Below, piece after piece: positions 13,801 through 26,273 of a DNA stretch of 64,000 nt (position 1 is the stretch's first letter; each line of letters opens with the position of its first letter). The position numbers and the translations under genes are program-made. This stretch comes from Antedon mediterranea. Lineage: Eukaryota > Animalia > Echinodermata. Location: NCBI RefSeq assembly GCF_964355755.1, contig NC_092676.1, positions 24,446,871 to 24,510,870 on the forward strand. Reading direction: 5' to 3'. The notes below the pieces were generated by a model. It had not been told where the DNA came from, did no database searches, and saw only the letters and a program-made list of their open reading frames with translations.

Positions 13801-16611
13801 AAAACTAATCATAAACTGTACATAGTTAGAAAGACATTTTCAATTTTTGTTGATCCAATATGGTACTTACAACTACGTTTCACAATCAGTTTGCTTTCTC
13901 AAATAGACTGTTGATCTTGGTTACAGTCTGGTCAATACTTCACCTCTGTGTTTTTTAGGGTGCTGTGTTTTTCTTCTGCGACATTGTTTGCGAAATGTCA
14001 TGAGCACCATTTTTAGTATTTTAAATTTGTTGATCAACAATAAAGAAACATTTCTCTAATATAATAATAGGATCCAAATGAAATTAATTTAAGATTGTAA
14101 ATAGTTTTAACTTCTTTTCATTTTTTGGTAATTTTCTTTCTAGGTTCTACAGAGGAATTATTCTTAAAAGAAGAGCAAAATAGTCTTCAATCGTTGTTAA
14201 ATTGCAAGTCAGCTGATTTTACAACTGAGATGAAACAAGTTATTCAATCAAACACATGGAACAAATCAGAAACTTTGAATGCTGCCCTCAAGCTTCCTCT
14301 CACCAGGTTATGTGCTAGGTAATGTAACTTAATTTGTTTTTTCAAAGAAGTATAAAGACGTTACAAAGCAAAGATTTACTAAAAAGCGAAATAAATAATT
14401 TTCAGTGACGTATTAGCTATGGCCACTCACTAGCTAAACCTAAACAGACATTAAAATATGTCAAAAAAGTCTCGAGGCCTCTATCGTTGGAGGGCCACTT
14501 AGGGTTCCTAAACCAGGAGCCTCAGGTCTGAGATGAAACAAGTTATTCAATCAAACACATGGAACAAATCAGAAACTTTGAATGCTGCCCTCAAACTTCC
14601 ACTCACCAGGTTATGTGCTAGGTAATGTACCTTAATTTTTTTTAGTCAAAGAAGTATAAAGACGTTACAAAACAAAGAATGTGAGATTTAAAAAATCAAA
14701 CAGATTCACCAAAAAGCAAAATACATCAGTGACGTAATGGCTATGGGTGCTCACTGGCTAAACCCAGGGGCCTCTGAGCAGTGCCCAGAGAGAAAAAAAA
14801 ACAGACATTAAAATATGTCGAAAAAGGCTAAAAACGCCTCAGGCCTCCATTGTTGTAGGGCCACTTAGGGTATGTTCAGACCTACGGAGTTATGCTTTCG
14901 TATCACAGCCAAGGTCATATTTTAATGAGCGTCATAAGAGCAAAGTGTTCAGATTCATTGCAACGAAGTTGCATTACAAACGGATATGATGTCACTCGCT
15001 GGCAATTAACCAAACTCTAACGCACGCATAGACCTACCTTTGTTGTTATTAAAAGTAGTAGTGGTTGGTTTAGGAACGAACACTTGGGCTCGGCATTATC
15101 GATTGGTTGTCAGGCATACCAACCAGCCGATCGTTTTGGGGTTTGGGTTTATATTTGGTCTATGACCTAAAATATCATTTATGGCAGAAAAATTTTCAAA
15201 TCCCGTACTTGCACCGGCTCCAGATTTATTTACTCGGTCTTTCGCCGCTTTATACGACGACCCCTTCAATTTCGTTTGGATATTAAATCTTTCTTTATGA
15301 GGATGGCCCATCTGCTAACGTGTCCGCCATGTCGTTGAACACAGACATCTTGTTGCCGGTGCTTTTTTTACGCCAGTTTTTCACTTCCAACCGATCTCTG
15401 AACTCAGGGCTTCCCCACAATGAAATAAGGTATTTTACTTCGGTTTCTCGCCAATGCGCACGCTTCGATGACATTTTAAATTAATTAATATAATAATATT
15501 AATAATAATACTGTATAGTGTAACAACAAAAGGTATGCTTTTTTCGCACGTTCACCGATCACAACAAATGGATCAGCTTGGCTATACGATGAGGAGCACA
15601 TGTCACGATGTGATGTGGCGAATATTGTAATTTGATTGGCTAGATATCTAACCTAGGTCATATTCATCGATGCGTGACTTTCGTATTGTAAGCGACGTCC
15701 ACTAAACTCATACCTTGAGCTTTCGTAGCGTACGAAATATCAGTGTCGTACGAGGTGGCTTCCACTAATCTTTTCCTGGTTCAGACGTATGGACTTGTAC
15801 GCCGCGTACAATACGAAAGCATAACTCCGTAGGTCTGAACAGGCCCTTAGGGTTCCTAAACCATTGCCTCAGGTCTTTATGTTACGCCAATGATTATTGT
15901 CAAGTGGCTCAACAAAGTGGAATTGAAAATAGACATCATAGAATAGAATCAAATGAATTACATACATTATGATCCACATGTTTCCTGACTTGTTATCTTC
16001 TTTTGTGTTCAGGTACCTATATCAAGAGAAGAGAAGAGGATATGCGGTCAACCCTGTTGGTAAGTGTAAACTTGATAAACCATCAATTAACATTAATTAT
16101 TAACGTGCTATAATTATAAATAATACTAATATCCTTGATTTATAAAGTGCCTGTTGTGAAACCACTAAGCGCTCTGAACATTATTACCCTGGTCATTTTT
16201 TTATCAAACACGTATGGAAACATATTCTCATAATGCAGCTAGTAATCAGCGAAAAGTTGTGTCTTGACCTTTCCAGGTACCCATTTGTACACCTGGGTGT
16301 AGAGAGGCAAACATAAGTAAAGTGTCTTAAGGATACAAGCAATTCGTTTTAACATAAGATAAAATTACTATTATTTCACAGCAAATTTTCACTTGAGGAA
16401 CGGTGCGACGATGTGGCGTATAAACTGGCTCGGAGATGTCAGTAACAGAGGCCTGACAGCCTCATGTGGCTTGATGGTTAATTATAGGTACTTTTTAGAT
16501 AGGACCACCAATAACAGTCAAATGTATGTAGAACAAAAACACATTGATGCATCAAGCCATGTTTTAAATTTACTCCAACCAAACCATTATAATAAAACAA
16601 GCAAATTATGA
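10802..16611 (+). CDS. MLYCD: Malonyl-CoA decarboxylase, 11 coding exons, ~507 aa, C-terminal PTS1 (SKL)
   Basis: Exons 10802-10840, 11156-11338, 11437-11577, 11882-12016, 12418-12570, 12995-13159, 13324-13426, 13557-13709, 14144-14318, 16013-16059 and 16382-16611 join in phase (1524 nt). Motifs [52 protein letters not shown] and [12 protein letters not shown]...CGLMVNYRY are present. It ends in -SKL like human MLYCD. Confidence 0.95.
14528..14867 (+). repeat. Local tandem duplication of the 3' half of MLYCD exon 9 plus adjacent intron
   Basis: 14528-14660 repeats 14226-14360 almost exactly, including the GT donor. The downstream hAT-MITE segment is also repeated. Confidence 0.9.
14868..15846 (-). 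mobile_element. PIF/Harbinger deletion derivative with a degenerate Myb/SANT gene, nested in a hAT MITE
   Basis: ~36-bp TIRs GGG(TA/CC)TGTTCAGACCTACGGAGTTATGCTTTCGTAT with TTA TSD. The empty site is visible in the duplicated copy at ~14491-14510. The minus strand from 15474 reads [21 protein letters not shown]..., then frameshifts into [20 protein letters not shown]...[12 protein letters not shown] (trihelix Myb/SANT-like). Confidence 0.9.
16134..16345 (-). mobile_element. 5'-truncated SINE copy
   Basis: Matches the central and 3' parts of the SINEs at 1350-1620 and 5823-6095. Confidence 0.75.
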
Positions 16612-19600
16612 ACAAACTTTTGATTCCTAATAAGTGAATTATGTCTATATAAATTAATATTCTTATTTTAAAGAAAGAAATATACTATAATTAAAACAGT
16701 ATTATTAAAAAGATTTTAAATTGTAAATTAAACTGAATACTTGGTTCATTTAAGAACATGTGTAAACAAAAGCTTAAGGTAAAATCAGTTATCTCAGAGT
16801 AAAAATTAGTATCAGTTATTATCAGTATTATCATGCAGAAAAAGAAGCTATAAAGTGGTCAGTTATGTCCAAAAAAAAAATAAAAAGAACAATATTTGGT
16901 CATTAAAAAACAATATAAAGAAGAAATACAGCATTTAAATTGCATGATTTTCCATCTCATTGTCTAAAGCTCTGTTTACACTATCAAACTTTATGCGACA
17001 ACAAAATGTGATGTGCCAATATATTGGGCATATTGCTACCATATTTTGGTATATCAATACCATATTTGGACACATCACATTTTTTTGTCATTATCTGATA
17101 TAGTAAACAGTACAAGCATTAACTTTTGACTTGCCAAGGGATGATGTGTGTGCTATGGAGCATAAATTGGTACTGGACTAATTGCAACGAATGTTGTTTT
17201 ATATCAATTACCAAGGCCAATATAATATTTGATCACAGTTATAAATTTATTGCCGCAATAAAATGGTAATTAATGCTTTTTATGGGAACTATTTTTAGTA
17301 AATCAAGTGTTTACTTTTCATAAATGTATTGGAAACAGAAATCACTAATCGTTAAGATAAACAATTCTTACACACCATGATGAAGGGAGCTGTGGACGAA
17401 AGGGGGGGGGGGGGGTTTATTTGAACTTACGATGCATGAAACACAATACATGATTTAGAATACTAATAAATATATTCTTATATCATTTTATTATCGCAGT
17501 GTAAAACTAAACTCCACTACCTAAGCCTAAATGAGACTTTTTTATAAAATAGTTTATCCGTCCTGTAATTGGCGAGTTACTTGGATGTGTATGAAATAAA
17601 CAAAAAAATGTTGATATTATTTTATTATAGTTATGTCATTGTCGTTTTATTCATGCATAAACATTATTAACTAATTATGTTAACATATAAACCTCGGGAT
17701 CCAACAAAGACCGAAACGTTGAATCATGACTTCCCTCACATATCACATTAATATTTTGTGTAAGTTTTAAACTATCTTAAGCTCTGTCTACATTACTTTG
17801 ACAATAAACGGTGTGATGTGCCCAAATATGGTAGTGATATGCATAAATATGGTAGTGCTATGACATCATCATTTCCATATATGGGCACATCACATTTTTT
17901 GTCGCATACAGTTTGATAGTGTAGACAGATCTTTTGAACAATATTTTTTAATGTAGGCCTACATGAATAATAATGAATAAAAACTATGAATAATTACTGT
18001 AGTGTAATAATAACAGTTTTAGCAGTATCATTAACGAACCAGACAAAGAACATGTCGACTTATGTCGTAAAGCGTTTTCTTAAATCTACTTGGCCTATAA
18101 TTCCAGTATCCGGTCATAATAAATCGTTTGCAATCAAACGTACTTAGAAAGGCATTAAATTGTTTTCGCGACGATACACACACTCGACTAATAATATACA
18201 AAGGCACAAACTCCGATCATTTTCGCTCAAGTTAAAAGCTGTCGAAATAGCCAAGAGGCTTCCTACAGTGTTAAGTACACACAATAAGGTATAATGTCGG
18301 ATTTGCTCGCTTCGATACACTTTTATAAAACAGTCTAACATTCTATTGACTCTAGCAAGCGCTTAGTAAACATGTCGGTTAATTGAAAAATATTCTGGAT
18401 TAAACTTGTAGAAAATAAATCAAACCATATTTTTATAGTCTGGGGATAAATAATAATAATAAAAATAATTCAAACCATTATAGTCTGGGGATATATAGAT
18501 TTCTTTTTCACTCAAGCTCCTGTAAATACTGTTCCGGCGAGCTCTCATGCGGGAGCTTTAAAGTGCTGGATAAAACAAATTTAAATGATTCCTCTGCTTT
18601 TTTCTTTTCTTATTTTTTGTTGTTGGTTATCTTGGCATATTTTATGGAGCATGTTTGTGTGTAAAGCGCTTAGAAACACTGTATTAGGCTACCATTATTA
18701 GTATAAAAACGAAAAGGTAAAAAGACACAACATTTTGGGGTAACAAAATTTAAGAAACTGTTACTTTCTACACATATTTCTACCATGATTTTTTATGTTC
18801 GCAATTTGAATTGTTGATGAGGACTATTATTAGATAACTGTGATGATGTGCCGACATGAGAATGTATATATCATAATTCTCCCGAGTAGGCCTACTTCTT
18901 GCCATCTCCTTCCTACTCTGATAATCCTTCTCAGCCACTCAAAAGTAGACCAATTGTCATTCTATATGTGTTATGAGTAGGCCTAGTTATTAATTCATTG
19001 GTATTTGGTTAAACAACAATGCGGTTTTAAAACATATGTAGGCCGACTTATGCATACTCTACAATGCTAGAATTAAGCAACGAATGAGGGACAATTAACA
19101 CTAACTAATTAACGCTATGGCCAACACTGTACATTATGATGAATTATTTTTCCTTCGTGACTTTACATATGTTGCTAGAAAAAATCGAGCGCCTAATAAT
19201 ATACTTTTGAACTGTATATGTATGCTGCAGTCAACATATCATTGAGAGTTTGCAACACTTTGGCATAGTCTACTTATAAACAGATTTATTTCCAAATATT
19301 TATGCAAACCATATTTCATTGGCGACAATTGGTTACAAAATCTGGTTAACAAAATTAACGTGCGTTTGCACAGCATTGCCAATCAATATGAATTACATTG
19401 CACTCGCAATTATTCAGGCTAAATGGCAAGCAGATTAACTAACACATTCATTTCTCAAAGAAATCATTATAAAATTAGGCTAATCGTACCTGAGTGAATA
19501 ACATTAGTGAATCTATTACTCCGTCGAGAAATCTAGATTACGATAACTAACCAGCGCTTGCTGGCTTACAAAGTGCGAGCGTTTTGTTGCTGTTTTAAAC

Positions 19601-19936
19601 TATTGCTCTATGGTAATCTCAACATTGTTCATTATATCATAAATCCAAAGGCAAATTACTGGAAAAATGACAATGCTGTGGGTATCAGTGGCTGAATCTT
19701 AATGGAGATACACAAAAAAAAACACGAAAAAGCTAAATCAAAACGATACAGTAAAACAGCCAGAAAAGTTAGTAGAACTATGACTTATTGATGTCATTAG
19801 GTTCAGGCTTAAGATATTTACCGGGTAAGTTTGTTTCACAGGCAGCAGTTATAGCTAAAGTTGGCGGGCAGGAACCAACTTACCCAGTCAACTAAGCCTC
19901 CTGAATACAGGCCTATATAGGCCTACAGTAGTTTCC

Positions 19937-20340
19937 AATACCATCTCCTCTCTGTTACAAAAATAATAACAGTTAGTTGTAGGGCAACGTTGATTTTTAC
20001 GTCCAATATTTTTACCGTGCGTACAGGCCATGGCCCGAGAACTTAAAAAGTTCAATTCAAACTTTATAGAATGAGAAAAGTAAATGTCGCTAGCTTCAGA
20101 TTTTTTCCCCGTTTCACCCTTTTAAACTATCAACACCATCTTCCCCTGTTACAAAACTAATTACAGATAGTAGTAGCCTATAAGTTGATTTTTCTGTCCG
20201 GGCATACCCCCGATATTTTTACAATATGTGCAGGCCTTGGCCCGAGAACTGAAAAGTAAAGCTCAATCAAATTTTAACATTATAGAATATGAAAAGTAAA
20301 TGTCGCCAGCCTCAGATTTTTTTTCCTGTTTCACCCTGTT
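19937..20340. repeat. Imperfect tandem duplication (~200-bp unit x2)
   Basis: ACCATCT...TGTTACAAAA...GGCCCGAGAACT...GAAAAGTAAATGTCGC...GTTTCACCCT occurs twice. Confidence 0.75.
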
Positions 20341-20695
20341 ATTATTCGGTTTTTTAACATAAGGTTTGTTACTAATAATAGGGACGTGTTACAATCCTAA
20401 AATGGTTGGGGTTTTACTGCCTTTGTGTGGCACCGACTTCCTGCAATCAAGGATACCAATTGCAATAAAAGTACATGTGGACGGAATTTAAACCTGATGA
20501 ATTTCACAGTCATTGTACTTTGTAGTGTGATGTACTTTTTTATATTCTTGTTTGTGATAAATTCATTCACACAGCAGAAGAACACATAAACAAACGGCAT
20601 TCATCCGCGACGGTTCGATTATGAAGTTTAACTGTCCTTAATGCAAATCGTATACCTTTAATTGAAATACAGTTGGAACTAACAAAAAGATACTT

Positions 20696-21070
20696 TTATA
20701 TGACTACTAAATTACAGGCATTCTTTTTCAAAACTTAAGAAGGTTGAAGAGAAGAGCATTGCTACGCACTCTACAACATATTTCCTACTTTGGTCTAACT
20801 CCTATTGGCCTAAGGAAGAAGATACGTATACCTTGAGGCCTATAACTATAGGCCTACTAATTATTACTATACTAAATCACAGGCACTCTTTTCCAAATTT
20901 AAGGTTTAAATAAAACTCTACAACATATCTCCTACTTTGGGCCAACTCCTATTGGCCTATCAAGATCCTTTTATACTATACCGTACTAATTATGACTATA
21001 CTAAATCACAGGGACTCATATTCAAAACTTAAAGGTTGAAGAAAAGAGTATTAAGCTACGCACTGCACAA
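20696..21070. repeat. Degenerate tandem repeat (~130-170-bp unit, 2-3 copies)
   Basis: Repeated ACTAAAT(C/T)ACAGG, CTCTACAACATAT.TCCTACTTTGG and AACTCCTATTGGCCTA blocks. Confidence 0.65.
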
Positions 21071-21635
21071 CTTATACGTTGCCATTATGGGCACACAGTG
21101 CTTCGTGTGTCCCCGAAGCTGTTTGAAAAACAACATGCAGATCCAACTAACCTAGATAGTGTAAATTACACATTGAAATTTAAATATATATACACTTCAA
21201 GTTTCTTTTGTTGAGATCAAATAGCAAATCGTCTTGTTGAAGCTTGCAGTTTAATTACTATCTACATATATAATTTATTCATGAATTTTTAAATGGAACC
21301 CCCAAAGGATTGTCTGTCGGCGCGGCGGCGTCGAAATAACATTGACCGCATTATTGACGCGCGCGACTGGAATTATTATTAAATTTCGGAAAACAAGATC
21401 TTGCTCGGATCCGGCGGTTCACGTCGAATTCGTTCGAATCGTTGCATAATTGTATATTAGCGTAAAGTAATGGTCTATTTTTGGTGGCATGCATTATTCT
21501 GAAAACACGTTACCAGCGATAAGGGTCGAATCTTATTCTTTAATCCATGGTCGAATAGTAAACGTTTTGTTTTTCTACAGTGTTTTATAGTTTAAAAAAA
21601 TCCTCAGTCGCAGTACTCTACTAGGTAGTTTAATC

Positions 21636-21794
21636 AAGCTTGGTTCCACCTAGGACGCAACGCAAGGACGTAAACGTAACGTAAGCGATTTGACCAATCA
21701 TAAGCGATAGATAATTCGAATTGTCGCTTGTCATTGGTCAACTCGCTTGCGTTGCATCGTTGTCCTTGCGTTGCGTCTCTAGTGGGAACCACGC
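21636..21794. mobile_element. MITE family B (TIR AAGC(G/T)TGGTTCCCACTAG.GACGCAA); representative copy
   Basis: The same TIR and palindromic TGACCAAT...ATTGGTCA core recur at ~11610-11675 (half), 22602-22737, 50038-50220, 50348-50523, 52050-52425 (tandem cluster), 52718-52870 and 57888-57970. Confidence 0.85.
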
Positions 21795-24700
21795 CATGTC
21801 TAACGATATTGTTATACAAGTATGTGTGAATAATAAACTTAGTTGGATCGTATAATGTACCGTAATACAGTACATAATAGGCCTACAGTATGTATTTAAA
21901 TAATGGAGGAATTATTTTGCTTGATATTGCAGTTAGCTAAAAATGAGAAATTGTGCTGCGTGTAAAGTGCACACATGTCATTTTATGTCAATGAATCGCA
22001 ATAAAAAGGGATAAAATTTGAAGCTGTACTGTGTAAAGCTCTGTCTACACTATCCAACTTTAAGTGACAAACTATAGACACGATGATGTCATATCACTAC
22101 CATATTTGGGTACATCACACTTCTTCACAGAGCTTCCATACTTAAAAAAGATTTTCGTTTTTGAACTCAATAATCCAGTAGTTCCAAGTACTGTCAAATA
22201 ATCCCATTGTGTCAATTCCCAGCATACATCAGCAACTATTGTATTTACAAAGGGCGATGACCGTATCCCTACCCAATGGTTTTAATTACGTCAAGTTTTC
22301 TGCTTCGGAATTTACATTAAGCTAAATCAATAATTAGTTTAGCGGCAATCAATGGAAACTTGCGCTGATTACTTTCGATTTAGACACTCGGCTAATTAGC
22401 GTAAAGAATAGTCTGATGCTAATTGAAAAGAATAATTAAAATGAAAGAGAATTTTCAAGGGTTTGAAGTCTACAGTAAAATTAATTCTGTGGAGTGGGAG
22501 AACATTTAAATTGTAATGAAAATATATCGCCCTTGAAATAAATAGAATCGCAGTTACCAATAAATGGTATTGATAATGTTCTATGAACAATCAATGGTTA
22601 AGCTACGGTTCTTCGGTCACAGAGCAACGACGTGGGTACTTATTGTTTGCGACGCACCTACGTTGCTTCCAAGTCAATTTAAAATTTAATTTCACTACAA
22701 AAAAAAAGTATATAGATAAAGTGGAAACCAAGCTTAAATGTCCAGTTATTAGTAAACAACAGTGCCTCTAAACCTGTCTTGATGGATATAGTACATGGGG
22801 TCGAGTGCGAAACCACGGCGATCCACCGGAAGAAGTAACTATAATTCTGGCTTACTGACTGAAGGAATAGTCATACCGGATTAATCATTACAAAATTGCT
22901 ACGGGCAAGTATCACAATTGCTCTATTTGAAGTGATGATAATAGGCTATGTACGTTAATAATGCATGCAATATATACAAATAATAAATAGTGCGTACTAT
23001 TGCACGTCATGTGACCCAAAATCGTCCAATCAAATGACAGAAATTTATTTAGGTGTTTAAAACCATGTATGTATGTTATATTAGCTAACTATGATATCTA
23101 CATCACAAGAAGCATGCCTGCCCAGATGGGTACACGTTTTAAAAACATTGTTTGCCTTGGTAAATAATCACGACGCGGTCTGTTTAATTGATTAATGAAA
23201 AGATGATAATTTAGGCCAAATATCAATAATAAGCATGTTTACGATTGAAATAGGCCTATTGCATTTATTTTATATTATCTCAATTTAACTTGTAGTAATA
23301 AACTTAAATACATGTAAGTATCATCGCGTTGTTGCTGGTAAAATTGAGAGAGTACAACACAGTTACAGTGATGATGGGAAATGAACACGTTAAAGATGAA
23401 ATTGAATTAAGTCGCTAATTTAAACCATTTAAACTATGCACTGGTAAGGATGCAAATCCTGGGGCAATTTCCAAATTCTTGTGTGTTAATTCAATAATAC
23501 CCAGCAGGCTCAGCAGCAACTAGAATCACTGCTGGCATCGTTGATTTTAACCACACAATGGTAACAAATGGCATAGGTCCTATACTTGTTATGATTTGGC
23601 ACAAAGGTGTTCACTGTATGTTTAAAAAAGTATTCACAGTTCTATTAAATATTAAAACAGAATAAAGTATAAGACTTTATATAAAATCACAATTGATCCA
23701 CCGTTCGTTTCGATTACATGAATTAATTCACTCAGTATATCAGTATTTTTTGTCTAATTTTTATTATTGAAGGCCTATAACGCTATACATTTTTTTATGT
23801 ATATGTTTTGAAATGAAATTTAAAAAAAAAATAAATAAATAAATAAACTTCTATGATCGTACAGTTTGCCATTGCAAAGATATGAAGAACAATCTAAATA
23901 TTAGACCTAAATTAAGTCGACCGCACTTTGTTTGTATTCATGTTTCCGCAATGAAGTTAATTCTGTACATATTGCCGTTGTCCTGTTTTTTTTTCCACGA
24001 CCTATATAGTTAAATTTTCGAACAAAAGCGGCGACAAGGATCTAGATACATTTCAAACTTCACAAACACTGTATTTGATACAATTTAAGACGATATAAAG
24101 ATCTCTTTGTTTACTATATTGAAATATTGGTCAATAGCTGAAAGCACAGATCCAACCAAGATAACATTATTTATAATCAGTTATACAATTACTGTAGCTT
24201 GATGCATATGTGTGTACGTGCGCTTATTTAGTGTTTAAGGACATTTTCCCTGACGGTTAATAATATTGATTAGGCGCAAATATGGTTACAATCGTCACGG
24301 TAAACTAAAATAGTTCTGTAAAATTGAAAAAGTACTCTGTACTGTGTTTACAAAATCGTCCTATATTTTAGACTTTAAAAGAAAATATTTAAACAAATGC
24401 AATGAATTTAGTGAGAAGTGAGAGAACCAGTAGACATAATCCCACCGAGGTATAGGAGTTAGCCGCAGTTATTATATACTTCTATAAAACGTTTGATAAA
24501 GCAATGCGAAGAATCACCTAAAAAGAGCCGCTGTTCAGTGGTGTGTGGCTATTGACGAACATTATCAATTGAGAGGCAAAACCATGACACGACGAGAACT
24601 ATGCTTGCACATCAATGGACAATCGTAAATTGATTTGGTGCTAAGGGTGCTTTACGAGAGGAAGACATTAAAACCATATGAAAAGAAAAACTTAAAAGTC

Positions 24701-25166
24701 GGTTAAAGATATCTGTAGGGAATAAGATGAGAGAATACCGAATATAGGTTTTGTTCAAGGTCAGACCACAGTAGCAATGAACTAGCTAACAAATGTAGCG
24801 TACGACAAACAAAGATCTAATACAAGCAATGCAATCTCCTCCATCGAGAATAAAAACAACAAGGAACGCTTAATCTAATAACAATACGGATTTTGCAAGT
24901 CTTGAAATATCTAACATATTAAACACGATAATATCAATCCAATTGTTAATATTGACTTTTAAATCAATGAATAAAATATACTTAAATGTGTTTGTAATTT
25001 TATTTTTATTACATTTTCATACAAACATGGCTTAGAACATTGCATCTTACATAATTATTATATACGGAAATATAAACTTACTAAGAAGATATATTTGGCA
25101 TGGCAACAACTAGTATATAACATGGTTCAAGCATCAGGGAGTATATTAATAAATCCATGGTTCAAG

Positions 25167-25193
25167 CATGGACCTATAAATTAGAGGTCCATG
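25167..25193. mobile_element. Putative P-superfamily transposon excision footprint
   Basis: Hairpin CATGGACCT...AGGTCCATG flanked by 7-bp GTTCAAG/GTTCAAA. Confidence 0.55.
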
Positions 25194-25298
25194 GTTCAAA
25201 CACGAGGAGGAATTACCTTCCATTTTTAAACAATTGGTTATTTAAAACCAGTACAATTTTCTTTCACCCATTGAGATAGACAAATAATACAGTATATT

Positions 25299-25345
25299 CA
25301 GGGAGTTGTAAAATAATATAATAATAATTATTTTACAACTCCCTG
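25299..25345. mobile_element. Putative P-superfamily transposon excision footprint
   Basis: Hairpin CAGGGAGTTGTAAAATAAT...ATTATTTTACAACTCCCTG with a perfect 7-bp TSD GTATATT. Confidence 0.65.
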
Positions 25346-26273
25346 GTATATTTATGGTTGATTCATAATCATGATTTTGTTAATGTATCTGCTAATCGCA
25401 TAGGTAAACATTGTAAACGAATATATATGCCTAGCTAATCACCCACAGCACCATTAATGACAAAGGTTGTTCGGCATCTTTGAAACGTCTACAGAACAAT
25501 ATTTACAGTCCTGACAGAAAATAATGAATTACATTTTTATGACAAGTTGTTTTGTGTTATACTGTAGAGAGTAGGATGACCTTTGGAGTCTGTGATTATC
25601 AACGATACCATCTCTTGATATGTGTTGTTGATACAACCCATTACACTGATTCATATCAATTTTGCAACTCTCTGGTGTTTAATAACATCATGAACTTTAC
25701 GAGTGAATTAAAGAAACCCTTCTTTGCAAAACCATATTATATTAAGACACTTTACCATGAAACAAGTGGAAATGTAGCCTAATAGTTAAACATTACGGAA
25801 ATACTTTGTTGTGTCCCAAGGAATCCCAATTTGAATAGGGGTCTACTGTATTTGTAGCCAACACTTTATAATGCAAAGACTTAAGTTCAATGAACAGACA
25901 TCGGACGTCTTACACTGAACGAAAATTGGAAATAGGGCCTACAAATAATTAGGAAAACCTAGGCCATGCAATCTAGGCCGCTTACTATTACTAGAAAACA
26001 ATTAAGGAAAATACCGAATATTCATGATGAGACTGCATGAGGACCATGATATCGTTTTCAAAATCTTTTAAAGCTCAGTTTAGTTTAGGTTATAATGTGG
26101 TAGAGAATGGCACTAGAGCTCAGAGAAACAGTTTAAAACTACGATACACAGTAGGCCTATACATTAAATATATATATTTACCGGCAATATTATCATACAA
26201 AGTTTTAATGTACAACAACACGGCATAAAAATATGTGTTCTTATTTCTATGTTAAAAATTCATTAAAGATTCA

